Positions 27,300 through 39,195 of a stretch of DNA of 46,326 bases are shown here, piece by piece (within the stretch, counting starts at the first letter, position 1; the number at the start of each line of letters is the position of its first letter). The stretch is from assembly GCF_001194135.2 (NCBI RefSeq), contig NC_068988.1, positions 63,284,672 through 63,330,997 of the forward strand, written 5' to 3'. The notes beneath the pieces were generated by a model. The model worked only from the letters and a program-made list of their open reading frames with translations. It ran no database searches and was not told the DNA's origin. The position numbers were made by a program, and so were the translations under genes. The stretch comes from Octopus bimaculoides. Lineage: Eukaryota.

Positions 27300-27396
27300 A
27301 TAACAACAAAAACAACAGCAAAAACAACACAAACAACAGCAACAATAAGTGCAACAACAACAACAGCAACAACAATAACTACTACAACAACAACAT
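27300..27396. repeat. Imperfect (CAA/CAG)n repeat
   Basis: Direct reading. Confidence 0.85.
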
Positions 27397-27666
27397 TAAT
27401 AGAAGCAGGAGTCACATTACCACCATTACATTAAAAAATCGTCGTATTATTTGCTATTGCCAAGAAAATCAGCAAACAAGAAAACGAAGCAAAATATGAA
27501 AAGGAAAGCATAATATTACAGCCTGTATAGGAATGGCTTACACATTGGCTAATAACAATTTTTACGTGCTTTTCACCACCACGAGAAATTATTATATGAG
27601 ACACGTCTGTGCAAAGCAAAGTTAACGTAAGTGCAATAAAGTAACAGCATTATGTAATATGAATTT

Positions 27667-27885
27667 AAGGCGGCGAGCTGGCCGGATCCTTAGCACACTG
27701 GACGAAATGCGTAGAGTTATATCACCCATCGCTATATTCTGAGTTCAAATTCCGCCAGGATCGACTTCGCCTTTCAGCCTTTCGGGATTGATAGATTAAG
27801 TACCAGTGAAATAGTGGGATCGATGTAATCCACCTGTGCCTTCCCTCCAAATTTCAGGCTTTGTGTCTGTATTAGAAAAGATTAT
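27667..27885 (+). mobile_element. tRNA-derived SINE family A, full length
   Basis: aaggcggcgagctggcc, B-box gagttcaaattcc, central gcctttcagcctttcgggattgatagattaagtaccag (Meta-domain-like, from memory), tail aaatttcaggctttgtg. Confidence 0.85.
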
Positions 27886-29070
27886 GTAATACAGATTTAA
27901 GAAATCAACGTGGGAGAATATGGGAGAAATTGCGATCGAACTTTTCTTGCATCATACCCAATCGTTTCAGAATAAAGACCACATTGAATGATGTAGGCTG
28001 TGGGAACGTTTGTACGGTGTGTTAAAAAAGATGGAATAGTCAGAAATGGAGGGGTTTTGGATCGGAAATCGACTAGAAACCGACAAAATTACGGCTTACT
28101 TGTCCGATGAGTGACTGAGAAAATAAGTAGCAGGACCAATATTTTGTGGCAAGGAAGGGCTATACGGATTTAACTATGCCATGAACAGACGCGCGCGCGC
28201 ACACACACACATATGCGTGTGTGTATTTACATGGTAAATGCCTATATAATATCTGACTTGCCTTTATCAAGGAGTATTCAGTGTTCTCCGTAAGAAAAAC
28301 TACATATTTAAAAAAAAGAAACTCAATGTACCACTTGTAGGATATCAAAACAGCCTGTGATTTAAAACTTGATCTATACAAAGTACGAATCACGGTTTGA
28401 TCTCACAAGTTCTTCATATAATCCAATACTCAATTATATCTCATTTAGTAACCAGTAATTGTATATAATACCTGAACGTACGAATTCCATTATCAATCCA
28501 AAGCTAGGGTGCTAAACTATATTATTTGACCTAATTAAAGGACTAATATTCTCATTTCAAACCTCAAACCTAGGGTCAGGCTAAGGTCAATCACAGTACT
28601 TTTTGAAATCATATCAGGTTTCCAAAACTTCGTCTCACAATCTTTGATTTCAAAAGATTTAGTGCCCCAACAAAATCACGCTAGCTTATACTACATACAC
28701 AAGGTCCTTAAATAAAGTTGCATAGACTAATAACCAGTTGAAAGTAACTGGATACGTATGCGATTGGTAGGTGTCTATGCAGCAGAAACGTGCGCCGAAC
28801 ACAGTTAAGTCAACTATGCAGTACAATTGACTGCAGAAATGAAACACAGGCAGATGTACTGATCTTCGTATTTATTGCACTTGTTTTTGCACATACACTC
28901 AGTAAAATACTTATAGTCCTGCGGCTGGAGTCCAGAGTTTACGCATCGGATGAATTACAGTGAAATTTTTCAAATTAAGTAACCAGAAGCGCTCTTTACA
29001 ACACAGTGCGCTTAGCTAGAACCGGGATTTTAACACAGTGCTCGCAAATGTACTGACCAACTCGTATTGT

Positions 29071-29170
29071 ATATAGGCGCAGCCGTGGGTCTGTGGTGAA
29101 AAGTTTGGATTCCAAACAACATGCTTCGGTGTTCAGTTCATTTCTGTGAAACATTGGGCATGTATTTATT
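29071..29170 (+). mobile_element. SINE family B head, degenerate
   Basis: taggcgcagccgtgggtctgtggt...gtgttcagttca...acattgggcatgt. Confidence 0.55.
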
Positions 29171-29283
29171 GCGTATGTGTGTGTGCGTGTGTCTACACAC
29201 ATACATGCATACATATATATACATATATACATATATATATGTATATAAATATATACATACACCTATATACATGCATGCATACA

Positions 29284-29285
<2 letters not shown>

Positions 29286-29376
<91 letters not shown>
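29286..29376. repeat. Perfect (TA)n of about 45 units
   Basis: Direct reading. Confidence 0.95.
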
Positions 29377-29381
<5 letters not shown>

Positions 29382-29423
29382 TATTTATATATATATTTAT
29401 TTATATATTTATATCTATATATG

Positions 29424-29470
<47 letters not shown>

Positions 29471-30043
29471 ATGTATGTATGTATATGTATGTATGAAGAT
29501 AAATTCATACACACAGAGGCATATACCTATGTGTGTGTATATGACCGTATTGATCTTCAGAGATAGACATATATACACGCTTACATATACATGTATATTT
29601 ACAGCCGCGCACACGCGCGCACACACACACACATAGACAGATAGATTGAGATTACCATAAATTAACTGCATCTGCGAAACCCATGAAAACTTATCGATTT
29701 TCGGGGCTCTTAATTGCCTGTTATTCATAACTGGATCAGGTGCAGTCCAATACAATTTCCTTGATATTGAGTTCTCTTCCTATCCATTCACTGCCTGCAT
29801 GTCTGTGTACAAAACAAAAAAAAAGACATCATGAAAAATCCTGGTGGTTGTCATCGTCATCGACATTGTCGTCGTCATCATTATCATCATAGACAACATC
29901 TCCTTTATCATTATCGGAACAACAATCTATGGAAGTCGTCTATTCGTTTCATTGAAAGGTCATCGCCCATTTTCTAGAAGTAAACTATCACAATATCTTG
30001 TCTAGCTTTTCTTATTTTTATTGTTATTATTATTATTACTATA

Positions 30044-30240
30044 AAGGCTGCGAGCTGACAGAATCGTTAGCACGGCGTGCGAAATGCTTAGTGGTATTTC
30101 GTCTGCTGCTACGCTCGGAGTTCAAATTCTGCCGAGAACGAATTTGCTTTTCATGCTTTCGGGGTCAATAAATTAAGCACTATTTGAGTACTGGGATCGA
30201 TATGATCGACTGTCATTATTTCTCTCACTTGCCGCAGGAA
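30044..30240 (+). mobile_element. SINE family A
   Basis: aaggctgcgagctgacagaatcgttagcac...ggagttcaaattctgccgag...ggggtcaataaattaagcac. Confidence 0.85.
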
Positions 30241-30269
30241 CTCTCTTTTTGTCTTTTCCTTTATTATTA

Positions 30270-30346
<77 letters not shown>

Positions 30347-30349
<3 letters not shown>

Positions 30350-30550
30350 TAGTTTTATTTTTATAACGTACTTTCACTTCACTACCGAGCGCAGCTCTGT
30401 GCGCCTTGGGTATGTGCTGTGGTTTGCTGTGGTGCTCTTATGTTTACTGTATTGAAAGTGTTTTGCGTAGAATGTGTGCAGTACCCAGTAGTGCAATTTT
30501 CTGTATGTCATATATATTTGTAAGTCCTGGTGTTTTTGTTATGTATTTTA

Positions 30551-30551
<1 letters not shown>
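30347..30551 (-). mobile_element. 3' terminal fragment of an R4/Dong-like RLE non-LTR retrotransposon, flanked by (TAA)n on both sides
   Basis: The minus strand reads KYITKTPGLTNIYDIQKIALLGTAHILRKTLSIQ*, then a ~120-nt 3' UTR, then (AAT)n. IQKxALLGTAHILR is the typical end of R4-clade ORFs. Confidence 0.8.
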
Positions 30552-30585
<34 letters not shown>

Positions 30586-30591
30586 ATTATA

Positions 30592-30621
<30 letters not shown>

Positions 30622-30623
<2 letters not shown>

Positions 30624-30799
30624 GGCAGAAAGCTGGCTGAATGGTTAACGCACCTGACGAAACCCTGCAGGACATTTCTTCCAGCTTTACGTTCCGTGTT
30701 AAAATTTCACTGAGGTCTACATTGCCTTTTATCTTTTCTGAGTCGATAAAATAAGTACCAGTCGAGCACTGGGGTCTACGTAATCGACATATCCCCACC
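30622..30799 (+). mobile_element. SINE family A, degenerate
   Basis: aaggcagaaagctggctgaatggttaacg...gtcgataaaataagtaccagtcgagcactggggtc. Confidence 0.75.
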
Positions 30800-30809
30800 A
30801 GCATCAACA

Positions 30810-31345
30810 ATAGCAGATCTCTTTGTGTAGATTAGCATATACCAGAATATATTTGCTTTGTCATTCTCTGAAACCTATTCTGGTGTATAACTATATCATT
30901 TTTTTTTCCTGTTTGTTTTCCATAGAGCTGGCAGAAATTCCAGGATATATAAGTCCGAACAGTATTATGTATGTGGATATACTCCTTCTTGGCCAGAACT
31001 GGGTAACTAGAGACAGTATGACTTATTGTCTCTTCCCCTCACCAAATAATCTGCAGTTAATTATTGTAGTTTTCTTCAGTATGGGATTTTTGTGGTTTCT
31101 CATGTCGTTGCTTTAATTACCATATAAAGAAAAACCTTTCAAGCTGTGGTTAATGACCTGAACTCTTCAGCTTGTGTTGGGATTTGGACTTCACTTTGTC
31201 TATTTCTTGTCTGTTTAGTGTGTCCCAGTATCTACTGAGTGACGGCTTTTCTTACCACCTTTTGATGTTTCTTCTTTTCCTCCATTGTTGTCAGGTAATA
31301 TCAACTGTTCCTTGTATTTTTCGACATCCATGAAGACACAAAATA
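30810..31345 (-). mobile_element. R4-clade RLE LINE internal fragment (post-RT CCHC knuckle region), frameshifted
   Basis: Minus-strand pieces LNRQEIDKVKSK..LKSSG, NCRLFGEG / ETISHTVSSYPVLAKKEYIHIHNTVRTYISWNFCQLYG and ENDKANIFW match the CRxC..ETIxHIxSxCxxLAxxEYxxRH...IHWxLC..ENxxxxILWD pattern. Confidence 0.75.
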
Positions 31346-31361
31346 TTTATTTTGTCTATTC

Positions 31362-32032
31362 ATGACATTCCTGCCACTTTTGGAATCCTACCTGGAAGTC
31401 GTTTTCCGTAAGAGACTCGAGGACATTCTGCGATTAGCTCTGGATCTCGACACGGCGACCGTTCAGCAGCATTTTCATCTCATGAAGAGATGCAAGTCGG
31501 CGGGTGTTCGGGTACCAAATCTGGCGAACAGGGCGGATGCGGAAACGATATCATGTTGTTTTTGGCGAGAAACTCACAAGTGAGACGAGCTTGCTGACAG
31601 GGTGCATTGTTGTCGTGAGGAATCCACTTCTTCACGATCCAAAGTTCCGGTCGCTTTCACCGAATGTCCTCCCTCAAATTCTTCAAAACATCGCAGTAGA
31701 ACTCTCGATTGGTAGTCTGAATCTGGGTGACGAATTCTTGATGCTCAGTACCATATTTCCGGGGTTGAGGCTTGTGGCATGTCCTCCAGATAGCTTATCG
31801 TCTTCTTGGGACGTTCTTCCGCTTTTGAAATGCCCGTATCACTTGAAATATTGAGTACTTGTCCATGACAAAATCGCAGACAAATTTAACAACTTGGGAA
31901 GTTAGCACAGCCATATCACTCGGCACACAGCCTTATGAAGGTCACTGTTAGCTCTCACTGCGCCCGCAAGCGTGTGCTGCCATCTGCTGGCATGTTACAG
32001 AACTACTCCGGGAAGGTTTTGATACCACCTCG
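31362..32032 (-). mobile_element. mariner (DD34D) relic: one TIR, internally deleted transposase, other end missing
   Basis: TIR TA|cgaggtggtatcaaaaccttcccggag at 32032. Minus-strand pieces: YGHFKSGRTSQEDD, HQEFV..NREFYCDVLKNLREDIR*KRPELW, SFPHPPCSPDL, NGRRV and QNVLESLTENDFQVGFQKWQE. Confidence 0.85.
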
Positions 32033-32769
32033 TACTCTTGCTAGTGTCATATCTAGTTATAACCATGCAGAACACTGAAAGAATGGTACAGGCATGGGGA
32101 GAGAAACGATGTGAGAAAATAAATTTAATTATAATTTATTTAGACTTACACATAACGACAGGTTGCATTTTGCTTACATTCCCGCCACCTATCGGTTTGG
32201 TAAAAGACGCTGATAGAATAAATTCCGGGTTTTAAAACAAAAAACACGTATTGAGATCGATGTTTTCGAATAAACCCTTTGATATACTTCCCCAGTATAT
32301 CCTGCTCCGAAGAATGAATGCAGTGAAATGTAGAAGAAATGAGATATATATTTTATCGTAGGCAGCTTTGATGACGATATAATTAATTTTGCTCCGTATT
32401 ATCCTTCATGTTTAATTCGTGCTACTAATTAATTTAACTTCAATTTACCATAATCTGACTGTAACCTATTACTGGAACAGCTTGATTACTGGCACTTATA
32501 ACATTATAATTAGCATATAGTTTCCTGTTTCGTCTATTAAACTAATGCAAATGTAATATTCCACCCACTTTCAATATTGAGCGTTATGTTGCCTGGTTCA
32601 TTAATTTCTACGTACTGCAAAGTTTTATTTGTGTAATTGCATTTTCTCTGCTTCGTTTTTCTCTCCAATCCAACATGATATTACTCTTTTGTATTTACTG
32701 TCGCTCTCTTTCTCTTTAAAATTGTCTAGATCCATGTTCCTAAACTAATTTCCCTGCCAAATTCTGAGA

Positions 32770-33306
32770 TGAAACTGTTCACTTTATATCGGTTTCCATT
32801 TGCAGCCACGTTGGCTGATACTGCTTCCGATGCTTCAATCAGGCGCTTGGAATCGGAACTCCATTCGCCCGCCCGGCAGATCGTCGTGCTCATTACACTC
32901 CGCAAGCTACCATCGGCTGGCATCTAGTGTTTGTGTTCGTGCTGGTGCATTCAACTTGAAGTATATCAACAAAGAGAGCTTCTTTATCATCCTCACTTGC
33001 CACAATTAAAAGTGATGCAACGCCAGGCAAACAAGTGGCAAATCACACCATAATTCACGACGGTAACCGTTCGATATCACGAAGTGCCAAAGACACGGTG
33101 CAAGGCTTAGCATATTCAATTGAACCTATTTTTCTATAATATATTGGTAGATGGTCTCTGCATCAGGTAAAATAACTGCAAAGAAAGGGAATATCATTCC
33201 ATTCTTTTGATATGGATTGTTTCTTTTTTGTTTTGTCTTGTTTTTTTTAATAAAGGCTGTTTTTTGGTTGGTTTCTTAAAATGTACGATCTTTTATGCAT
33301 GGCCTG
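32770..33306. mobile_element. Possible highly decayed mariner-like relic, orientation unclear
   Basis: TIR-like cttaaaatgtacgatcttttatgcatggcctg at 33275-33306; minus strand LLIYFKLNAPAR and EW/FRFQ; plus strand FYN..DGLCIR*NNCKEREY. Weak resemblance only. Confidence 0.3.
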
Positions 33307-33761
33307 TTTGACGAAGCAATCAGCAAATAGTATCTCCTTGTTGCCAATACCCTGATTTTAGACTGAAATCTATTATGTTAACATATGTGATGGATTGTTT
33401 TAGACGCGTTTTGTTAAAATACTTTTTATTCAAGATTTCATCAGTCATTTACGACTGGTTAATCTTACACGCTTTAATGCGCTACCGCTATACCTCTAGA
33501 TCTACGATGATGTCACAGATGTGGCCTGTGAGCGATCAGAAACATTTGGGTCGTTTCTACCGCTTTTTCTCTATTTCCAGAAGCAGTGTAGCTAGGGGTG
33601 AATTCCGCTACGTGTTCTCTTTTTATGCTAAGAATAAGTAACAGGTGATAGAAGTGGTAGTGTTCACTATTTCCAGGAAGTAGGGCGATTGTGTTGAGAC
33701 TTCCTTCGATGATTCGAAGAAGTGTGTTGTTTCCAATTAACAACATGTACGGTATTTTTTT

Positions 33762-33965
33762 ATTCTTTTATTTGCTTCAGTCATTTGACTGTGGCCATGC
33801 TGGAGCACCGCCTTTAGTCGAAGAAATCGACCCCAGAACTTATTCTTTGTAAGCGTCGTACTTACTCTATTGGTATCTTTTGCCGAACCGCTAAGTTACG
33901 GGGACGTAAACACACCAACATCGGTTGTCAAGCGACGGTGGGAGACAAACTCAGACACACACACA

Positions 33966-34005
<40 letters not shown>

Positions 34006-34250
34006 CACATACACACACAAATGCATACATACATATATATTTATATACATACACACGCACATATATACATATATGTAAGTATGTATACGACGGGATTCTT
34101 TCAGTTTCCCTCTACCAAATCCCCTCACAAGACTTTGGTCGACCTTAGGCTATAGTAGAAGACATTTGCATAAGGTGCCACGCTGTGGGTCTAAATCTGG
34201 AATTATGTGGTTGGAAAGCAAGCTTCTTACCACACAGCCTCGCCTGCGGT
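33762..34250 (-). mobile_element. SINE family B, full length with internal (CA)n
   Basis: Tail cagtcatttgactgtggccatgctggagcaccg through head cttcttaccacacagcctcgcctg; the best-preserved copy in the window. Confidence 0.9.
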
Positions 34251-35534
34251 ATGTATAATAGATATGCTCACTCCTGATGTTTTGATGACACTTTTTTTTA
34301 TTGTCTGTCGATCTCCAGTTGATTGTCTGATTGTTTCAGTAAATCGATAAATATGTTAGTCCTCAATTAGAGTCAGATGGTATTTAGGAGCATTGACATT
34401 CCCAAAAGATTTGTGGCTATAAATATCATGTAACATTTCCGTTACTTCCTTTGTTCCTATTTCTTAACGGCTCAGAAATGTATTGCAACTTCTGTCTGTA
34501 CTGCACACCATCTACCTCCGCTTCTGTAGCTGCGAGCCAATAGGGGAGTATCGCCAAAGTCACTACATCTGCCATATATAGCAACAGAATCTCCCTGAAA
34601 TGTCACCCTATTTTATTTTAAAATAGTAAAGACACGTTGAATAATGCTGTCCTAGGTCTTCATAAATTGATGAAAGAAAAAATAGTTACTTTAACATATC
34701 ACGTGACTTGCAAAACAGAGCAGCCAAAACCTCCTTTAAATCCACCACCTCCACCTAAAATGCGTAGGATTCATTGGATAATATTGTACTTTATATCCTA
34801 CAAAATGGTGAATGGAATCTGGAAGCCGTAACCGTCTCAGCGACAAATACCAGCTAAATTTCCTGATATTTGATAATGCAGTACTGAATAAAAGACGAGA
34901 TATTCGTTTGAGAATCGGCAATCATATCCTAGCAATGGCAGCGGTATTCCATTGTCAGTTTTAGATATGCTTTGTGAATAGTCAGGAGGCAGGATGGTCA
35001 CAGAATCAATCTTTTCGATCATAGTTTCTATCATCTGGTCTGGTTTAGTGCTAAAAATCAACAACAACATGACGGGTAAGATCATGATCAGAATACATTT
35101 TGATGGTAGGTTAACCTCAAGCTAATCGACATCAACAACTTTAGTTTTTGTTGACATTTAATTCATTTACGATTTTGTTATTTAGTTGTAAATAAAATTG
35201 TTTTGGCTGCGAGACAAATTGTTCTTGCTTTGCATGCCATTAAATGTTTTCTTTAAAAGTTTCATTACACTTTCTTTATAGGAAGATCTCCTATCGAGTA
35301 TAATGATTGATCTATTTACACTTTTATATTATTGCTACATTAAACATTTTCAGTTTTATGATACTGCAACACTTTACAACACAATATAGCTAGAGATGTT
35401 ATCAAATGTTCTACATAATAAATGTATGCGAACACTTTGTTTTTATGTACACAATATTTACCATGAACGGGTAATGTGAAAACAACTAACTTAGTTTCAC
35501 TCCTTTGTTGAAGTTTGAGCAGCAACTAACTATG

Positions 35535-35885
35535 GAAATGATGCGAACTGGATGAGTCGTTAATACGTTGAAAAGATGTATGTTATATCTCTGGCATTCT
35601 GAGTTCAGATCTTGCTGAGGCCTACATTGCCGTTCATCCTCTCGATGTTGTTTAGATACAGTGCGATTCGAGTACTGGAGTGAATGAAACCGACTGATAT
35701 CTACATGTTAAAATCGCTAGCACACTCGTTAAAGTCTCAGAAAAGAAGTACTTTATGATATTCTGAGTTCAAACACCGGTTGCTCCTTTCGGATTCGATT
35801 AGATAACGTACGCTCGAAGTACCGAGATCGAATGCATTAACTAAACCCCCTCCTCTCTAATTAACTGGCTTTGTACCAAAATTAT
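35535..35885 (+). mobile_element. Two tandem, old SINE family A copies
   Basis: Two B-box-like ttctgagttca motifs (35597, 35762), each followed by a decayed central domain. Confidence 0.5.
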
Positions 35886-36151
35886 TATCAACTTTCACAA
35901 AGGCATTGCTTAAAAACCCTCTATTAGTCGAGGTGGAAATTAGTTTCATAAACAGAGTTTTATACACCATTTATTTTTAACAGGTATTTTGATTAAAAAA
36001 TCTTGGAACTTAAACAGCGTTCACTTTTCAGAAATACAATGTTTTACAGAATATTTCTAAAGATTTTAGCCACTTTTATATATAATAAACAGACGACGGA
36101 CACGGAATTTCATAGAGGATTGAATATCTCTGGCTGAGATATACATATATG

Positions 36152-36194
<43 letters not shown>

Positions 36195-36225
36195 TCGTAT
36201 CTCATTTTACATACAAAATTTTTCA

Positions 36226-36610
36226 CAGGCGTGACTGTGTGGTAACAACATGGTTCCGTGTTCAGTCCCACTGCGTGACACTTTGGGCAAGTGTCTTCTA
36301 CTATAGCCTGAGGCTGACCAAAGCCTTGCAAATGGATTTGGTAGGTGGAAACTGAAAGAAACTCGTCGTATAGATATATACATGTGTGTGTGCGTGCGTA
36401 TGTGTGTGTGTATGTGTGTGTCTTTCTGACTGTCCCCCACCAAAATTGACGACCAGTGTTGGTTTGTATATGTCCCCATAATCTAGCAGCTTTGCAAACG
36501 TGATGGATAGAAAAAGTACCACGCTTAAAAAAAAGCAAAGATACTGGAGTCGATTCCCTCAACTAAAAATGCTTGATGGCAAGTAAAAGATAAAAGATAA
36601 AAGATTAAAG
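36226..36610 (+). mobile_element. SINE family B, near full length
   Basis: caggcgtgactgtgtggta...gttcagtcccactgcgtgacactttgggcaagtgtcttctactatagcc...gaaactgaaagaa; tail (aaagat)n. Confidence 0.9.
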
Positions 36611-36990
36611 ATACATTGTTTGTATCATACAGCACTGAGACAAAACACCGTTAGCACATCATTAATTTCGATGAGTGTCATATGCAATATTTCCATCTTT
36701 AAATTAATGACACAGTTATCATTTTCAATTTTATAGTAACTTAACATATCAACATTTCGGAACTTTAGATTAATATAGCATTCAATTTTTTTTCTGTTTT
36801 ATATTAGTGTCGTAGTCAATTTTGTCAATTTTATATTAGAGAAACATTTAACGTTTCCGAGTTTAGTTCTGTCTATGTAAAGATAATTCTCTTAGCAATT
36901 TTATTGTATGGCAATTCTTCAGACATTGTGCATGGTGAAGTCCATATTTTTGTATAGTGTCTTTCTCATTTTGAGACGGGAAAGTTTAAT

Positions 36991-37175
36991 ATGGCGAGAT
37001 GGCAGAATCGTTAGCACGCCGGGGGGAAAATTGCTTAGAGGCATTTCGTCAATGTTCTCGTTTTGAGTTCGAATTCCGCCGAGGATTACTTTGTATTTCG
37101 TCCTTTCGAGATCGATAAAATAAGTACCAGTTACGCACTGGGATGGATGTAATCGATTTATCACCCAAAATTTGA
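36991..37175 (+). mobile_element. SINE family A
   Basis: atggcgagatggcagaatcgttagcacgccgg...gagttcgaattccgccgag...gatcgataaaataagtaccagttacgcactggg. Confidence 0.85.
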
Positions 37176-37285
37176 AATCAATATGATAGAAGTTTACCAA
37201 TTATTTCTAGCATTTCTATGACCGAACAAACACTCTCGTGGGTGCCGCCGCTATGCAATGTTCCCAGTTTTATCGTTAAGACTGG

Positions 37286-37368
37286 GTATTAGTATCTTTG
37301 GTCGATAACTGAAGAAGAATTAGGGTCCTTGTGTCTGTCCTACGTGAACGTTTTATAGTATTTAATAC
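37286..37368 (+). ncRNA. Degenerate minimal type I hammerhead ribozyme-like motif
   Basis: CTGAAGA at 37309, stem II taggg/tccta, GAAC-GTT at 37346 (one A short of GAAAC-GUH), stem I cgataa/ttatag plus gtatta/taatac. Confidence 0.4.
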
Positions 37369-37425
37369 ATTTTTCATCAATAAAATAACTGAACACCATG
37401 CATCCCAAACTTTTTTAACGGTAAG

Positions 37426-37475
<50 letters not shown>

Positions 37476-39195
37476 TGTATATAAACATGCATATGTACAT
37501 GCGTACGTACACTTACACACACACACGCATATATGCATCCTTATATGCATACACATATCAGTCAAACCATATGGTTGTCTAGATATAGTATTCTAGATAT
37601 AGCAGCTCAGTCCCGCGCTCTTCATACGTTATACAATATTAGAAAAAGATCAAATGAGTGAAGTTCTGCTCCGAGCAATGCAGCATGGTCAGTACTGAAA
37701 TAGATTTCTTTACATAGTGAGTCGATCTAAGCTGAAACCGTGCTAACTCCAATAAGATCAGAAGTTAGGACAACTATAAGAAACACAATACACAACAATA
37801 GTTTAATACTAGTATATAGCACACAAGAAGTTAACGAAATGAATTCGTAAATTCTTTAAAATTATTCACTTATTATATAGATTTCTGTATATAACATATT
37901 CACGTATACAAATGATTCAGTTTATAGACTCTAAAATATTCACAAATTATAAAATCACACAATTTATAAAATCAGACACACACACACACCATACGTGAGC
38001 TGCTCTTCATATCTGCATATAAGCGAGCTTTTGATATCAGTTGTATATAAACAAGAATGGAATGTATTATTCCTAATCTTTAATGCATCCTGAAGACTGT
38101 AGAATATCAATCACTACTAAAGGATTTGGGGTATAAGTAATAGGAAAAGGACTCACTTTTGCCTGGCATAATGATCATAACTTTTCTTTTTTTATTTGCC
38201 TCCATAAGCAATTTCTTATAGTCTCAAACGTCGTCAATCAAACTTTCATTTCCGCACAATTTACCGAAGGCCATTTCCATATTACATTCTATCGCACAAA
38301 GCTCTGAACGTCGATAATATTCTATAGAATTTCTTTTTTTCAGTCATTTCGAAAATGATATATAAAGCGTTTAGCGGAGCAAGCATTTTGATAACATCTC
38401 AACTTTTAACCAAATTATTCACAATATACTTGAACGCATTAATGTTAAACGTAAGAAGAAAGTCATTTCCAATATAATTTCTACAAGTCTCGTTATAAAT
38501 TGTGACTGACTGATAATGTATTTCTATGTATATGCAAAGATATAGGGCATACAAGTGTGTAAACTATCAGTCTGTTTCGTTAGTTATGTAAGTACGGGAA
38601 TATGACAAACGGTTTCTAGAATATTGCTGTGCAGACATTCATTAATATAGGAAAAGAGAAAGCACTAGAGAGGAATAAACTGACTTAAGTGTATTTAGTT
38701 TTCTCCTGCTAGGTTCAGATTTCAATTTCTAAGAAACAAAACGTTTGTGTTGTCTATAGCTTAAGTACAAAAAAGGTCTTGAATTATTCGGATCGCCCAA
38801 AGAAAAATCATACGTTATTCTGTTGAATATGTTATGCAATTAAAGTAAAGATTTCCTGGGCCAATAATAGGTGTAACTTATCTGAGTTATTTCGGTTATA
38901 ATGATTAGAGAAAATAAAAATTGTTCTGGATCAGAATCTCCGATCATGTGTTGTCAGTTGTTCATTCACTTGATATATCAGACTCTTTCAATTAATGACT
39001 GAAAATACCCCAGACACGTGTACTGTTAACGTAAAATATTGTGTTAACTTGAAATTTTGCGTTAAACTAGGGATGTCCGTTACAAAGACATTGAACATGC
39101 TTCGCTAAACGTACGGCGACGAGGCAATGGATAATACGCAATGTTTCGAGTGACATGGGTACTTCAAAAGCAGAAAAATATCCCTGAAAGGCGGT

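Noticed and set aside
27667-27760. tRNA gene calls at A-box/B-box motifs (here and at other SINE heads)
   Set aside because: Each is followed by a SINE body and cannot form a full cloverleaf.
34795-34900. Plus-strand words NGEWNL, FPDI and KRR resembling a Cys-loop receptor subunit
   Set aside because: The words lie in different frames separated by stops, and no transmembrane segment follows.
35472-35527. Small minus-strand exon as a partner of 34851-35050
   Set aside because: It would end in phase 1 while the next candidate starts in phase 2, and it overlaps the edge of a decayed SINE.
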